DNA of 57,493 bases from Gracilinanus agilis (Eukaryota). The stretch lies in the NCBI RefSeq assembly GCF_016433145.1, contig NC_058131.1:285926988-285984480 (forward strand), read 5' to 3'. Below are positions 40,101 through 51,850 of this stretch, piece by piece (position 1 is the stretch's first letter; every line of letters begins with the position of its first letter). The notes under the pieces are model-generated. The model did no database searches. It saw only the letters and a program-made list of their open reading frames with translations, and was not told the origin of the DNA. A program made the position numbers and the translations under genes.

Positions 40101-41852
40101 CGTGGATGGTTCCTAGGTACTTTTTCCAAGCTTCTATATAATGGGGGAAAGTTTGGCCTTGGTCTTGTTCCAGACAGCTGAAGTATCAAGTGAAGGTGGA
40201 GATTCCTAAGTACTTGGGACATTTAAACATGGAATGGACATAAGATGGTAAGATACTCCTCAGTCTCTTAAGTGTCCGTGTCTTAGGTGCTGAGTTTATT
40301 TCAGTAGTCATTTTAGTATCTAAGAGTCAGATCTCTTCTCTCTCATTTTCCCATCATATACAGATACATAATCACACACATGTGAGTATATGTACTTATT
40401 TACCCACTAAATCTTGGATTTCAGGAGTCCAAAGGAGAACCAAAGAAGAGCAAGGAACTTCTAGAGTTACATCAGATTTTAATCAATGACACCTTCCTGC
40501 CTCAAAGACAATGTAAGTGGCTGGTTCAAACAGATTAGATGAGTGTCAGAGGGTGAGGAAAGCTGAGTCTTGGGGTGGGTAGGATGAGACCTCCCTCCTT
40601 GAGGTGGAACTTCCCTGGACCCTTGGCCCTGCCTTTTCTTTCCTGCCTCTCTGCTGTTTAGGGGAATTTAGGAAACAACAAAAAGCATCTGTTGAGGCTT
40701 GATATTTTTTTCTTTTTTCTTAAATTAAAAAAATTTTTTCCCCATGGTTACATGCTTCTTGTTGTCTCTCTCCCCTCTTCTCCCCTCCCAGAGCTGACAA
40801 GCAATTCCACTGGGTTATACATATATTATCACTCAAAACCTATTTCCATATTATTCATTTTGTAATAGAGTAATCTTTTAAAACCAAAACCCCAAATCAC
40901 GTGATAAATCAGATGTTTTCTTTTGCATTTCTACTCCCACAGATCTTTCTCTAATTGAGGATAGCACTATTTCTCATAAGTCTCTCAGAATTGTCCTGGA
41001 TCATTACATTTGATTGTTCCACAGTGTTTCAATTACTGTGTATAATTTTCTCCTGGTTCTGCTCATTCCCTCCACATCAGTTCATGGAGGTCTTTCCAGT
41101 TCTTAAAGAAATCAAGCAGTTCATCATTCCTTATAGCACAATAGTATTCCATCACTATCATGTACTACAATTTGTTTAGCCATTCCTTGATCAAGGGACA
41201 TCCCCTCATTTTCCAATTTTTTGCCACCACAGAAAGAACAGCTATAAATATTTTTGTACAAACAGAACCTTTCCCCCCATTTTTTTTATCTCTAGGATAA
41301 AAACTTAGTAGTGGTATTGCTGGATCAAAGGACATGCATTCTTTTAAAGTCCTTTGGGCATAATTCGAAATTGTCTTCCAGAATGTTTGGATCAATTTAC
41401 AACTCCACCAGCAATGCATTAGTGCCCCAATTTTGCCACATCCCGTCCAACATTAATTATTTTCCTTTACTGTCATGTTGGCCACTCTGCTAGGTGTAAG
41501 GTGGTATCTCAGAGTTGTTTTGATTTGCATTTCTCTAATCAAGAGGGATTTAGAATACTTTTTCATATGGTTATTGGTAGTTTTGATTTCTTCATCTGAA
41601 AACTGAGGCTTTGTATTTCTTGTTTCAGCCATGGAAGAGGAGATTGAAGATACCAGTCCTGTCCAGACACAACTGTTTGAGTTCAAAGCTTGGGGATCGA
41701 GATCAAAGAAAAGGAAGGCTTCCTTACATCGCAAAAAAAAGCAGTCCAGGGAGGACTCTCTAGAGCCCATACAGATCCCTCAACTCCATACATATTCTGA
41801 TGAACAAGAGGATGTGCCACTCACCCCACCTTCGAGCAGAGAGCCAGAATAG
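30976..41852 (+). CDS. C9orf43: C9orf43 orthologue (uncharacterised protein), spliced CDS of about 440-460 aa; one small internal exon unresolved
   Basis: Synteny between POLE3 and RGS3; blocks resemble remembered human C9orf43 (DETTC..CQHP.CW.TI.R..RGHPRIL, LP.L.VVD, PVLNLN, VPPP.P, K..L..HR..L). Confidence 0.85.
31274..31403 (+). CDS. C9orf43: C9orf43 coding exon 2
   Basis: ttttctag|GT; ELPTLKVVDIALPDSSILAKRIHRPFFPYSGECSKFDSHLQS; CAG|gtaaat; phase 1 to 2. Confidence 0.85.
33330..33590 (+). mobile_element. Mar1-type SINE
   Basis: ggggcaggtaggtggcacagtggatagagtgctgg...gaaatggcaaac...ggggtcacatagactcag. Confidence 0.8.
33925..34012 (+). CDS. C9orf43: C9orf43 coding exon 3
   Basis: Long pyrimidine tract tttcag|; FKGSHLLGFKSLKDFPGQRFDHKHRKPAK; AAA|gtaagt; phase 2 to 0 fits both neighbours. 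Confidence 0.75.
35584..35693 (+). CDS. C9orf43: C9orf43 coding exon 4
   Basis: ttttgttatag|; LPVLNLNACLPKCPDVGNLVMVWMPNGQGGHKKPDQ resembles human [26 protein letters not shown]; AA|gtgagt. Confidence 0.88.
36936..37102 (+). CDS. C9orf43: C9orf43 coding exon (Pro-rich)
   Basis: ctcttcaag|; KKKSSQVPTGGQPCSAQLMHRWLKVPPPSPVTPPSYPHLESLPTWGYVFPRHELM; AG|gtgagc. Confidence 0.8.
37357..37455. repeat. Polypyrimidine (CT-rich) low-complexity tract
   Basis: Almost pure C/T for about 100 nt. Confidence 0.8.
37756..37885 (+). CDS. C9orf43: C9orf43 coding exon
   Basis: cttcccctcag|; SLSEEDKAFASPNMDQMDIMNEKNLCQEHQTKLILDVHRINLQ, end resembles human KMFLSIHRLTLE; CAG|gtgaga. Confidence 0.85.
39422..39503 (+). 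CDS. C9orf43: C9orf43 coding exon
   Basis: catttcttcag|; SPGSNYPVNPKVSPSRRLKSTPELKRK; AAG|gtagag; phase 0 to 1. Confidence 0.7.
39631..39822 (-). mobile_element. hAT-Charlie-type MITE (192 bp) with perfect 8-bp TSD TTCTAGAT
   Basis: TIRs cagtgattcccaaa / tttgggaaccactg; ttctagat at 39623-39630 and 39823-39830 matches the Charlie target consensus NTCTAGAN. Confidence 0.92.
39990..40072 (+). CDS. C9orf43: C9orf43 coding exon
   Basis: ttttctggtcactag|; GLKIPVQKINKAYRKPSLKSMIPQTSET; ACG|gtgagt; only the phase-1 frame is open. Confidence 0.72.
40425..40512 (+). CDS. C9orf43: C9orf43 coding exon
   Basis: ggatttcag|; ESKGEPKKSKELLELHQILINDTFLPQRQ; T|gtaagt; phase 0 to 1. Confidence 0.68.
40700..41604 (-). 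mobile_element. L1 3' fragment in the last C9orf43 intron
   Basis: - strand ORFs with L1 ORF2 motifs (REMQIKTTLRYHLTP, WKMRGCPLIKEWLNKL). Confidence 0.92.
41629..41852 (+). CDS. C9orf43: C9orf43 probable last coding exon
   Basis: tatttcttgtttcag|CC; MEEEIEDTSPVQTQLFEFKAWGSRSKKRK...SSREPE*; phase 1 matches the previous exon. Confidence 0.68.
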
Positions 41853-42782
41853 GATATTGAAGATGTCAGTTATATTGGCCAGCTCTATCCACGAGGGTAG
41901 TCAACCCTTTCAGGATAAGGTTGACTCCTCTGCTTTCTCTGTGGGAAGGGAGTTAATTTCCCTTTTCTCTGGAGCCCTTATGCAGGCCTGTGGGAGACAA
42001 TTTATCTTATCTCCCTTCCACCTGTTTCTGGTAGGCAAGGTGGCAAGGTATTAAAAAGGCAGGGAATTGAGAAAAGGTTCCTCAGCCTAGGAAGGTTGTT
42101 AATCAAATCTGGATTGTTGTTTGGGAGTCATTCTGACTTAATAATTAAAATAGCCATTTTTCAGGCAGAAGACTCACTTGTCTGTTCATGGTGGTGGTGG
42201 GGCAGTTTGGTGTGGGAGTGGAAGAGGAAAAGGAGCATAAGTGAAATGTTTCCTGTAGAAACATCACTTTTTGTCTTGTTTTCTCTTCCACATAAACACT
42301 TTGGAGTTAAGTCACTTATACTTTCCTTTTGGAGGTTTAGAATGTTTCAGGGTGGCAGGAACAACACAGAGTAGGGATTTGATTCATGAGCTTGTCCAAC
42401 AGAATGACTTCTGCATGAATTTTCTGGAGTTCCCCTCTATTGGGAGTGGGATTCTAATCATCAAATAATACTAAGGGTCACTATTGTTCAATACTAGATA
42501 TAGTGGAAAGAACACTGAACTAGAGTTTGGAAGACTGGAGTTCAAATCTTACTTCCTGACACTAGCCTCAGCTTCCTATTCCATAAAATGGGAATAATAA
42601 CATGGTACTTCACAGGATTATCATGAGGTCCAAATGAGATGGTATATATATATATAAAGCACTTTGCAAGCTATGAAAAGGCACTTATTATTAGGGAAAA
42701 TGTTATTAGCAATAATAATGGAGAGAACTTTAGTTTCTAGTGTGCTTGAGCTTAAAGGAAAATATAATGAGTTTCACTGAGG

Positions 42783-43315
42783 GGGTGTCCCTCAATTGGG
42801 GAATGGCTGAACAAATTGTGGTATATGATGGTGATGGAATCCTACTGTGCTATAAGGAATGATGAACCACTTGATTTCTATAAGAATTGGAAAGAGTTAT
42901 ATGAACTGATGCAGAATGAAATAAGCAGAACCAGGAGAACATTAAACACAGTAACCAAAACATTGTGGGACAGTCAAATGTGATTGACTTTGCTACTAAC
43001 AGCAATACAATGATTCAGGACAATTTTGAGAAATTTATGAGAAAGAATGCTATCTACATCCAGAGGAAGAACTGTAGGAGTAGAAATACAGAAGACAACA
43101 TGGTTTGTTACTTATATATATAGGTTTATGATTTGGGGTTTTGGTTTTAAAAGATTATTACAAAAATGAATAATATGGAAGTAGATTTTATGTGATAATA
43201 CATGTATAACCCAGTGGAATTGCTTGTCAACTCTGGGAGGTTGGGAGGGAAGAAGGGAGGGAGACAACATGAATCATGTAACCAAGAAAAAAAAAGAAAA
43301 TATTTTAATTCAAAA
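42783..43315 (+). mobile_element. L1 3' fragment
   Basis: gtccctcaattggggaatggctgaacaaattgtggtatatg... through an A-rich tail. Confidence 0.9.
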
Positions 43316-46300
43316 AAGAAACTATATTGAGTTTCAAATTAAGTCTATATAGAATTTTGGATCTAGAGGAATTTTAAAAACTACTAAAATATTCAGGATA
43401 AGTTCTCCTTCAAAGCTGGTGGGGTGGGGTGGGAAGGTAGAGAAGATAAGGTTCTCTGTGTTCTTTTCCCAAATGTGACATCAGAGTTTGAGAGATCATT
43501 TAAGCTTCTTGCTCCTTGGCCACTTTATCTTAGAGATGATCTGTTAGACCCAGCTAGGGACCTTAATATCCTAGGGTCATAGAACTTTAGACCTTTGAGA
43601 TTCTGCCCTCTTATTTTAAGAGCTTGTCCAGATAATGAGTGGCAGAGCCAGTAATCAAACTCATGTCTTGCGACTTCAAGTTTAGCACCCTTTCCACTGT
43701 ACCACAGGGCCCAGATCCATTGGCCCCTATCCTAGAAGTATTTCTACTTAATGATGTCCTTTCACAATTAGACATGACAACTGTTTTCATCTCAGCTTGG
43801 CTTCCTTCTGGGTGAAATAGTCTCCCTATCCCATCTTTCTTGTGGGTGGTCTTTCTTTGCAATTAACTGGTATATATCCCAATTGGATTATCAACTCATT
43901 AGCTTAAAACAAATAAATAGGAATGTACATGTCATTTCCCTTCTTTCCTCCTGCCCCCATCACTACATTTCGAAGCCATACAAAAATAATTACTCGTAGC
44001 ACTTTTGAACTCTACTAAAGAATCAACCACATTTAATTGAATATTCATGGATCAGGAAAATGAAGTTTTATGTGGGTAATTTTCCTAATATAATCCCAAG
44101 GCTACACTTCTGATACTAGAACTTAAATGGTTTAAGAAGGGATAGAGAAGAACAGATGGAAAAGGATCAACTAAAGGCCTCGGCTTCCCCCTCCCCCAAG
44201 AATATGCCCCCAATGTTCTGAGTGTTAGGAGGTGCAAGGTAACTGCCACTAACTGTCATATTAACACCACAAAGAGTTAAGAACCAGGGAAAAAGACAGC
44301 TGTCTTGGGACCAGGAAAGTAAGGCCTTAAGGGCCAGGATTAAAAATTGTTTAGTCAAATAGCCTTGGCTTTCTTTTACATATTCAAGTAGTGAAGAAGT
44401 TTAAGTAGCTTGATATGGTTGGGAATTGTCCTAGTCCCTATATACCTGAGCTCCTAGTTCCTTGATATAACTCTTGCTGTTCCAAGAGATCTACCACGAA
44501 TGGATTACTTTAACTAGCTTGCTGACAGTCATTGTGGGCTGCCAACCAATTGGTTCTACATGGAGATAAAGTGTTATTGGAAGTGTGTTCAGACATTGCT
44601 CACCTCATCTTTAGTTTTGAGGTGGAGTTTCATGAGTTTGCCTCTTGTGGGAAGGGTGTCTGTACTTAATTTATTCAGCTTGGGAGTTGCCTTTGTTCTT
44701 GGTGGAAGAAACTCTGTTTCCAGTCAGATGATTTGGTTAAATGATTCTGAAGTTGTTTCAGCCCAGTCTGTCCTAAGATGCATTATGACTTTGGGATGGA
44801 ACTAACTGAAGGGCTCTATGAAGTCAGAAAGAATCTACTTGGAAGTTTTCACTTTCAAGGCACCAGGACCTGTTTAGTTCATTTTCAGGAGATAAACATA
44901 CAGGTCCTATCGAATCCTAACGAAGCAGCCTTCAGTCTTGGTAAGGTAAGGGGAAAAGTTGTAGAGATTTTGAGTCTAGTATTGATGATCATGGTCCCAC
45001 ATCAATACTTTTTTTTTTGGGGGGGTGGTGGTAGACCAACAGGTGAAGCTGATCAGTAACCACTAGGTGGTGATCCTGCATTAGAAAGGAAGTTTCTCTT
45101 TCTGGCACCTCTAAGGCCAGGTCTCTGATATCTCTAGTTACTTTTAGAACTTTACTCTAGGATTAGAATCCTATAGCTAGAAGGGACTTTAGCTATTGTC
45201 TAATTATCTGTTCAATCACTTATCCAACATGTTTATTCAACAATATTTTTTCAAGCTCCTGCTAAGCTTTGTGGGAAATTAAAAAAATATAAATATTTTA
45301 CTTCCTGCCCTATAGCAGCTCATATTGGAAGATGGATGCAACTAACTAAAATATTAGGCTCTTGTTAATGTTAATTAATCAGTAGTAGAATAAAAGACTC
45401 TATATGGCAAATGTCTTATGGCCAAAGTGCTGTGGGAGTTAAGATATAGGTGAGATCACTAGATGTGATAGGGAATACTTCATAGAGGAGGTGGGATTAA
45501 AGTTGGGTCTTGAATGGTGGTTAATATTTTAATAAGTATAAACATAATAACAATTTAATAATATGGTTTCAATAAATAATATTTAACAATTTTAATAACT
45601 TGAGGTGGAGAGAACATTATAGTTGATAGAAGCATGAGCCCAGAGGCAGGAAAGTACAAGGTCTTTGATGTCAGGGACTATTTCATTTTTATGTCTCCAG
45701 AACTTAGACTAGTACCTTATACATAATTGGTGCTTAATAAAAATTTGCTTAATTGGTTTGAGTCAGAGAATAGTAAATAATTGCTTGGCTATTATTTAGT
45801 GTTGGGATAGGGAATAAAGTAGGAAAGGAAGGTTGGGGTCAGATTATTTAAGGCCTTTAATTCAAGGTTGATTGGAAGGCAATGGGGAGCTACTTCAGAT
45901 TTTTGGATGATGGTGGTGTGTTGGGTAGAGGAATAGTCTGGGTTGATAAGCAAGGCAATGGGAGCAATAATCAGGTGGAAGTGTGAAGGATGGAGTAGAG
46001 TGGAGTGAGGCCTTCTTTACCCAGCAAAAACAGGAAGCAATTAAAAAATCTAGGTATGTGGAACTTTCTTTAGAGTGATAGTGGAACTAGGAATGCAGGG
46101 ACATATATGAGAGATATTGACAGAAGGATGAATCCCAAGGATCTGCCCCATGAAAGGATGGGGCTAGAATAAGTAATAGAATAAGGCAAAGATCATGCGC
46201 TTAGAGATGGACTTGGAGAGAGATAATCAGAAATAACTCGGGAAAAGGAACTGGCTTTGAGGAGATGATTTCAATTCTGACATGTCTTGAGTTTGAATTG

Positions 46301-47279
46301 TTAATGGAACAATTAAGTGGGAAAGTCTAGCAGGTAGCTGAGACTGGACTTTAGGAGTAAAGTCAGACCTGGTAATATAGATTTGGGACTATTCTGAGAA
46401 GAAATTGTTGAATTTGGTCATTAGGAGATCACTGGTAAGGGAACAGCTGCTGATGTGGAGATGAAAATCGGATTTCAAGGAGTGAAAAATATGGAAGTGG
46501 AGAAATGTAAGATCACTGTTATTGCAAGCACAATTCTACCTGAAGCAGTCAAGATCACCAAAAGCATAGAATAAAATTCTTGAGTGATTTAGGGTCAGTT
46601 TAGGATACTCTTATCTCTTCCCTTGTGCCATCTCTGTTTCCCCCAGTACCCTTTTTTCTGTTAACAACTTGAAAAGGCCAATATACACAGGAAGCTAATT
46701 TAAAGCACTGCTTTCTCTGGTTTGGTATGAAATGAGGTTGAGGGAAATACAGCTGAGGAATCCATCCCCTCTGATTCAATACTTTGGCTTATTGCAAGCA
46801 TTCCCATATTATTTTTCAGTAAATGGAATCCATATTCCCACAGCAAACAGCAAATACTAAATTGTTAATAGCTTCCCTGGAATTTGACTCTTACAATTAT
46901 CTCATCACAGTTTAGACAAAATATTTGTGCTAATAAGAACAGATCTCTAAAGTGTTTGTTAGTCATTTGTTCTTCGTCTTGGATTTGATATTATTTAGGG
47001 TAGAAAAACTTTTTCATAAACAAAATCAGTTTATAGACCAGGTGAATATCATAAAAACTTTATAGCCTCCAGGAGAAAGATTGCTTGGCTCTTAAAGAGA
47101 GGGATATTTGGATACTTCAATGAATCCTTGATTTTATTGATGTGGCTACTCCTTTCACCAGCAAAGATTGTATTGTATCCATGCCTTTTCATCTTGTGTC
47201 TTTTTTGTTCATGCCTTTCCATAAATATTTCATAGAGGAACACCAATCTAATGCTTTCCTCTGATTCAATATTTTGCAC

Positions 47280-47837
47280 ACAAGCAGTATAATAAAGCTT
47301 TCCATATATTATTCCTTGTTCACATGACTAGCCATTCCTTTTTCATTCTTCCATGTCCTTGATGTTATCTTTTATGTCATTCTACTTCTCACATGCAAAT
47401 TAGTTGACAATGCACTGAATCCTATTAATATCATGTGTCTTTCCATGGCCCATTAGGGCACCGGTAATTTTGATTCTTTTCTGAGAGTGATATTGCATGA
47501 TTTGCATCTATATCACATCAGGGGAAGGATATTGGCATTTAAAAGGAGGACTTTTGTAGTAGAGAGTGGCTTCAGATCATTGAAAGCACTTTGTAATTTC
47601 CTAAATGCAATCTAGCCTGTTCTTTTCTTCCTATTCAATTCTGGCTTATTGTCTTTTTGCAAAACCTGGACTAACTCTATGGGCTACCTAATTAATTGTT
47701 TTGTCATGATCTAGGCAAGATATATTCTTCATAGTTTTCCTTTGTTAATTAATTACTAGGCCCATCTCTTTTGATTGATATCATGCCACATAAGGATTGA
47801 TGAAAGGAACTAGGAGTAGTCTGGAGAAGACTTGGGT

Positions 47838-47878
<41 letters not shown>

Positions 47879-48850
47879 ATGCACATGCATGATAATTGTC
47901 TAAGTATTTGAAAAAGGAATTAGTTTTATTCTGCTTATCTCTAGAGAGGAGATTTTAGAATAATGGGTAGAAGTTGCAGAGAGAGGAAGATTTAGACTTA
48001 ATAATTAGAGCTATCCAAAAGTATAATTGGCTATTTGAGAAGGTGAATTCCCTTCCACAGAGATTCTTCAAGCAAAGGCTGGTTGATCATTTGTTGGGCA
48101 TATTGGAAAGGAGATTTGTGTTCAGGTGTGGGAAGATCTAGATTACTTCTGAGGGTTCTTCCAACTAGTGTTCTATAATTCTCCCTGTGAATTTCATTGA
48201 AGTGACCCTGTGGTATTTTTAGTGTTCTGGCAATCGTATTAATGTCATAAACTGGAGTTTACACAGCACCTTACCATCAATAGGGAATCTCTCTTCCATT
48301 TGGACTTTGAATAGGACACATCCTCCATGATATTGGCTAATGCCTTTGGCAAACTGATGTCCTTTTTTTTTTTTTTTTGCATACCTTGCTTGATATGGTT
48401 ACTCAGAAGATTGGATGGGAATCTTTATGGTTGCATCTATTAATTTATTTTGCAGAATGGGAGACAATTTTTTGGAGAAAATCTTTTTGTTCTAAGTCAT
48501 GCTTTTTTGCCCCAAACAGTAGACCCAATGGGATCTCCTGTTCTCTTTGTATCACATTCCATGACTGTGAAGATATAGGCCGCATTAGAAGATCATTTCT
48601 GCCTTCCCTTTCTTGCCCTCACATTTTCACTATAAAAATAGGCACAGACCATTCTAAGGATTCCAGAGAAATGAGAAAAGAAGGAAGAGTAGCAGGTATG
48701 TGTAGCTGTTGTGTCCTTTGTTCACCTTTTTTGGAAATAGTGCCAGCTTTTCCAAGTGTTTTGGTTTTGAAAATTGATCTTCCCCAAACTTTAAAATTAT
48801 GCCATCTTCTAGCAAGAATTTCTTCTGTAGTTATTTGATTAGGTTCAGCT
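47280..48850 (-). mobile_element. Degenerate RTE-clade LINE RT fragments, interrupted by a CR1/L3 piece
   Basis: - strand PELNRKKRTG*IAFRKLQSAFND...NANILPLM*YRCKSCN...AMERHM resembles the RTE RT C-terminal region; many stops. Confidence 0.7.
47790..48175 (+). mobile_element. CR1/L3 3' fragment containing (GT)19 at 47839-47876
   Basis: aagtatttgaa...aatgggtagaagttgcagagag...ttcaagcaaaggctgg typical of the L3 3' end. Confidence 0.65.
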
Positions 48851-51129
48851 GTTTTGTCCAACTTATATGTTATGTGTGTATATATATGTATAAACATGAA
48901 TTGTATATGTATATATGTACATATGCGCATGTATGTGTATACACATCTATATATCTCCTTACCTCATAAAAAGCCCACTATGATATTCCTCCGCAGTATA
49001 GAGTTGATGTAATATTCTCGAAAAACATGCCAATATGGTACATACTTTGACATGTTCTACCAAAGTGAAAAAGGCTTAAAGTATGATTCCAATAGTAGAT
49101 TGAAATTGGGTTGAGGATGAGTCCAAGTGGGGCTAGGCTTATTGCCAGAAGGTTGGTTCCTAGGTGATAAATTTTTTTGGTCATTGTGATCTAGAAAATA
49201 AATAAAACATATAACAGAGCCTTTAGAATAGTGTAGCTCTCTTCAGAACTTTGGCAAAGAGGATGGCAGAAGGAAAGAAGCAGAAGAGAGAGCAGAGGGT
49301 CCTAAAAATCAGAGTTTTTCAAACATCTACCAACTTCTTGAACCAATGGTACAGTAAATGAGATCTTTGTAACCAGTGGAGGAACTGACATTTGTGTTAT
49401 AAATGACACCAGAAGATATAAAGTGTGGAACAGGCACACACAAAATTAGCAGTGATAGAAAGCAGTGTACTAAAAGAGTACATATTTTCATTGCTGTCTC
49501 TTAATTATGAAGTTGTAGAATATTAGAATTGGTCATTAAGAGAAACTGAGGCCAAGGTAGAGGAAGCAACTTGCCCAAGGCCTCTGTTTGGTAGAGATGC
49601 TTTGGTTTTTTATATTTCTGAGCAAAATCTCCAAAGTTTGAAAGCTTGTACTTCTACTTTATTCCCTATCCAGACCCTGCATTCAGGACACCAAATCTTC
49701 TTGATGCTGTTTGGCATATTAAAGTTTCTCAGGCCTCCATAGCTGATCTTTGTAGCAAGAAATAATGCTTTGATGAAGAATTGCCAACCTATAGACACTA
49801 TACACTATTTTCCACCATTAAGCTAAATGAAAATATCTTACTAAAAGACAAGGTCTTCATTTAAGAAGTTGAGTAAATATCAAAATAATTCCAGCTGGCT
49901 AAATTTAGGGTGCTAAAAAAGTCTAGTCTAAGAATACTCATTGGCTTTGGGCCCAGAGTATTTTTATGTGATAGTGATTTAGATTTTTCATTCATGTTGA
50001 GCTCCTCGATATTTGATCCTGAGATAGACAAATATTATTGACCTCAATCATATTGATTTCCTATCTCAAATGCTCTCTTTCTGCAGAATTATTGACATTG
50101 AAAGATGGCCTAATATTGCTGATATTTTCAGCGTGAGACATTAGATCCTCATCTTTTCAGTGTTTTTCTATCTGTCCCTTCTTATCCATTCCCATTGCTT
50201 TCATCCTGATGAACATCTTTATTAATTAATGCCTAGATTTTTCAATTGCCTTCTAATTGTTGCTACCCATTAAAGTCCTAAATGAGAATTCAGATAAATC
50301 TTTGCTAGCTTCTCAGGGCAGGGTAATACCTCCCTGCTTTCTTTGCCAGAGCTCTGGGTTAACTTGTATGACCTGGACATGCTTTCATGGAAGAAGAAAG
50401 GAGAGGAATGGCATATGGAAAGGGAGCTACTGTATTCCTTGTGCCTCCCAAGATTCATTGAGAGGTACTGAAACAAATGGAGGGACATACTGCCTGGGCT
50501 TCTTGGGGAGGTAGGAGATAAATGGGATGGATTAACCCTATCCTGAAACAGAGACTTGACTGAGTAGTATGAACAGCATCTGAAGAGGACTTTTGTTTAT
50601 AAGGTAGAGGGACGTATTAGAAAACAAAATGAGTCAATGGCTAAAAATCATTCTGACTCTGGAATCTGAAACTCTCAGCTGGGATTCCAGGCAATTTGAT
50701 TACTCAGCAGGATTAAACCAAGCAGCACTGATGAGGACAGATGGCAGGGAGCAGTGGCAATGGCAAGGTGGAGAGATGGATGCCTGCCAAGAATGCAGGT
50801 ATCAGGGTGAGTGCTAGGAGGTACCACTTTGACTTTTCCTTCAATGAAGCTTGACCCAGGGCAGTACTGTGACTATACAGATGGCTGGGATGGGGGAAAG
50901 AGATCCCTCTGCCAAAGAATAAAGGGCTCTCTGTTGCCTTGATATGGACCTGGGTGAGTTCTTGCTGTGTCATTTCCTATGTTAATAAAATTGGTTATAT
51001 TTTTGATGTTTCATGAGCTTAAATGCTTGTGAGTAATTTGATGACTGGCTGACTTGTTCCATCTTGTGGGGGCAAAGAACCAAAGAAATGTAGAGGTCCA
51101 TAAAGTATACCCAGATCCTTATCAATTGT

Positions 51130-51850
51130 TGTTCTTATTCAACTGTTTTCAGTTGTGTCCAACTCTTTATGACTTCATTTGGCATTTTCTTCCCAAAGAT
51201 ACTGGAGTGGTTTTTCCTTCTCCAGCTCATTTTACAGAGAAGGTCACTGAGGGTTAAGTGACTTGCCCAGGGCCACACAGCTAATGTCTAAGGCCAGATT
51301 TGAACTGAGGAAGATGAGTCTTCCTGACTCCAGGTCTGGCACTCTATCCACTGGGTTGTTCAAGAAGATAATGTCATTCAGGTGTTTAGTTGTGCCTGAC
51401 TCTTTGTGACCCTGTATGGAGTTTTCTTAGTTTTTACTTCTCACTGGAGTGGTTGCCATTTCTTTCTCTGGTGGATTAAGGCAAAAAGGGTTAAGTGACT
51501 TGTCTAGGGCTACACACAGCTACTGACTGTCTGGGGTTAGACTTGAACTCAGATTTTCTGATTCCAGGCCCAGCATTATCTACTGAATCACCTAGCTCTA
51601 AAAGGACCTTATGTGACCTGAATTCAGGAACACCAGGATCATTAGAAGTAATTTTTTTTCAGCTGTGTCTGACTTTTTTTGGGGTTTTCTTGGCAAAGAT
51701 ACTGGAGGGGGTTGTAATTTTATTTCTCTGGCTCCTTTGACAGATGAGGAAACAGAGGTAAAGTGGCTTACGTGACTTACCCAGGGTCACACAGCTAGCA
51801 AGTATCTGGAGTCAGATTTCAACTCTGGTCTTCCTCACTTCAGGCCTGGC
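51130..51850 (-). mobile_element. Three tandem Mar1-type SINEs
   Basis: Repeated ttttcttggcaaagatactggag...gtgacttgcccagggtcacacagc units. Confidence 0.8.
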
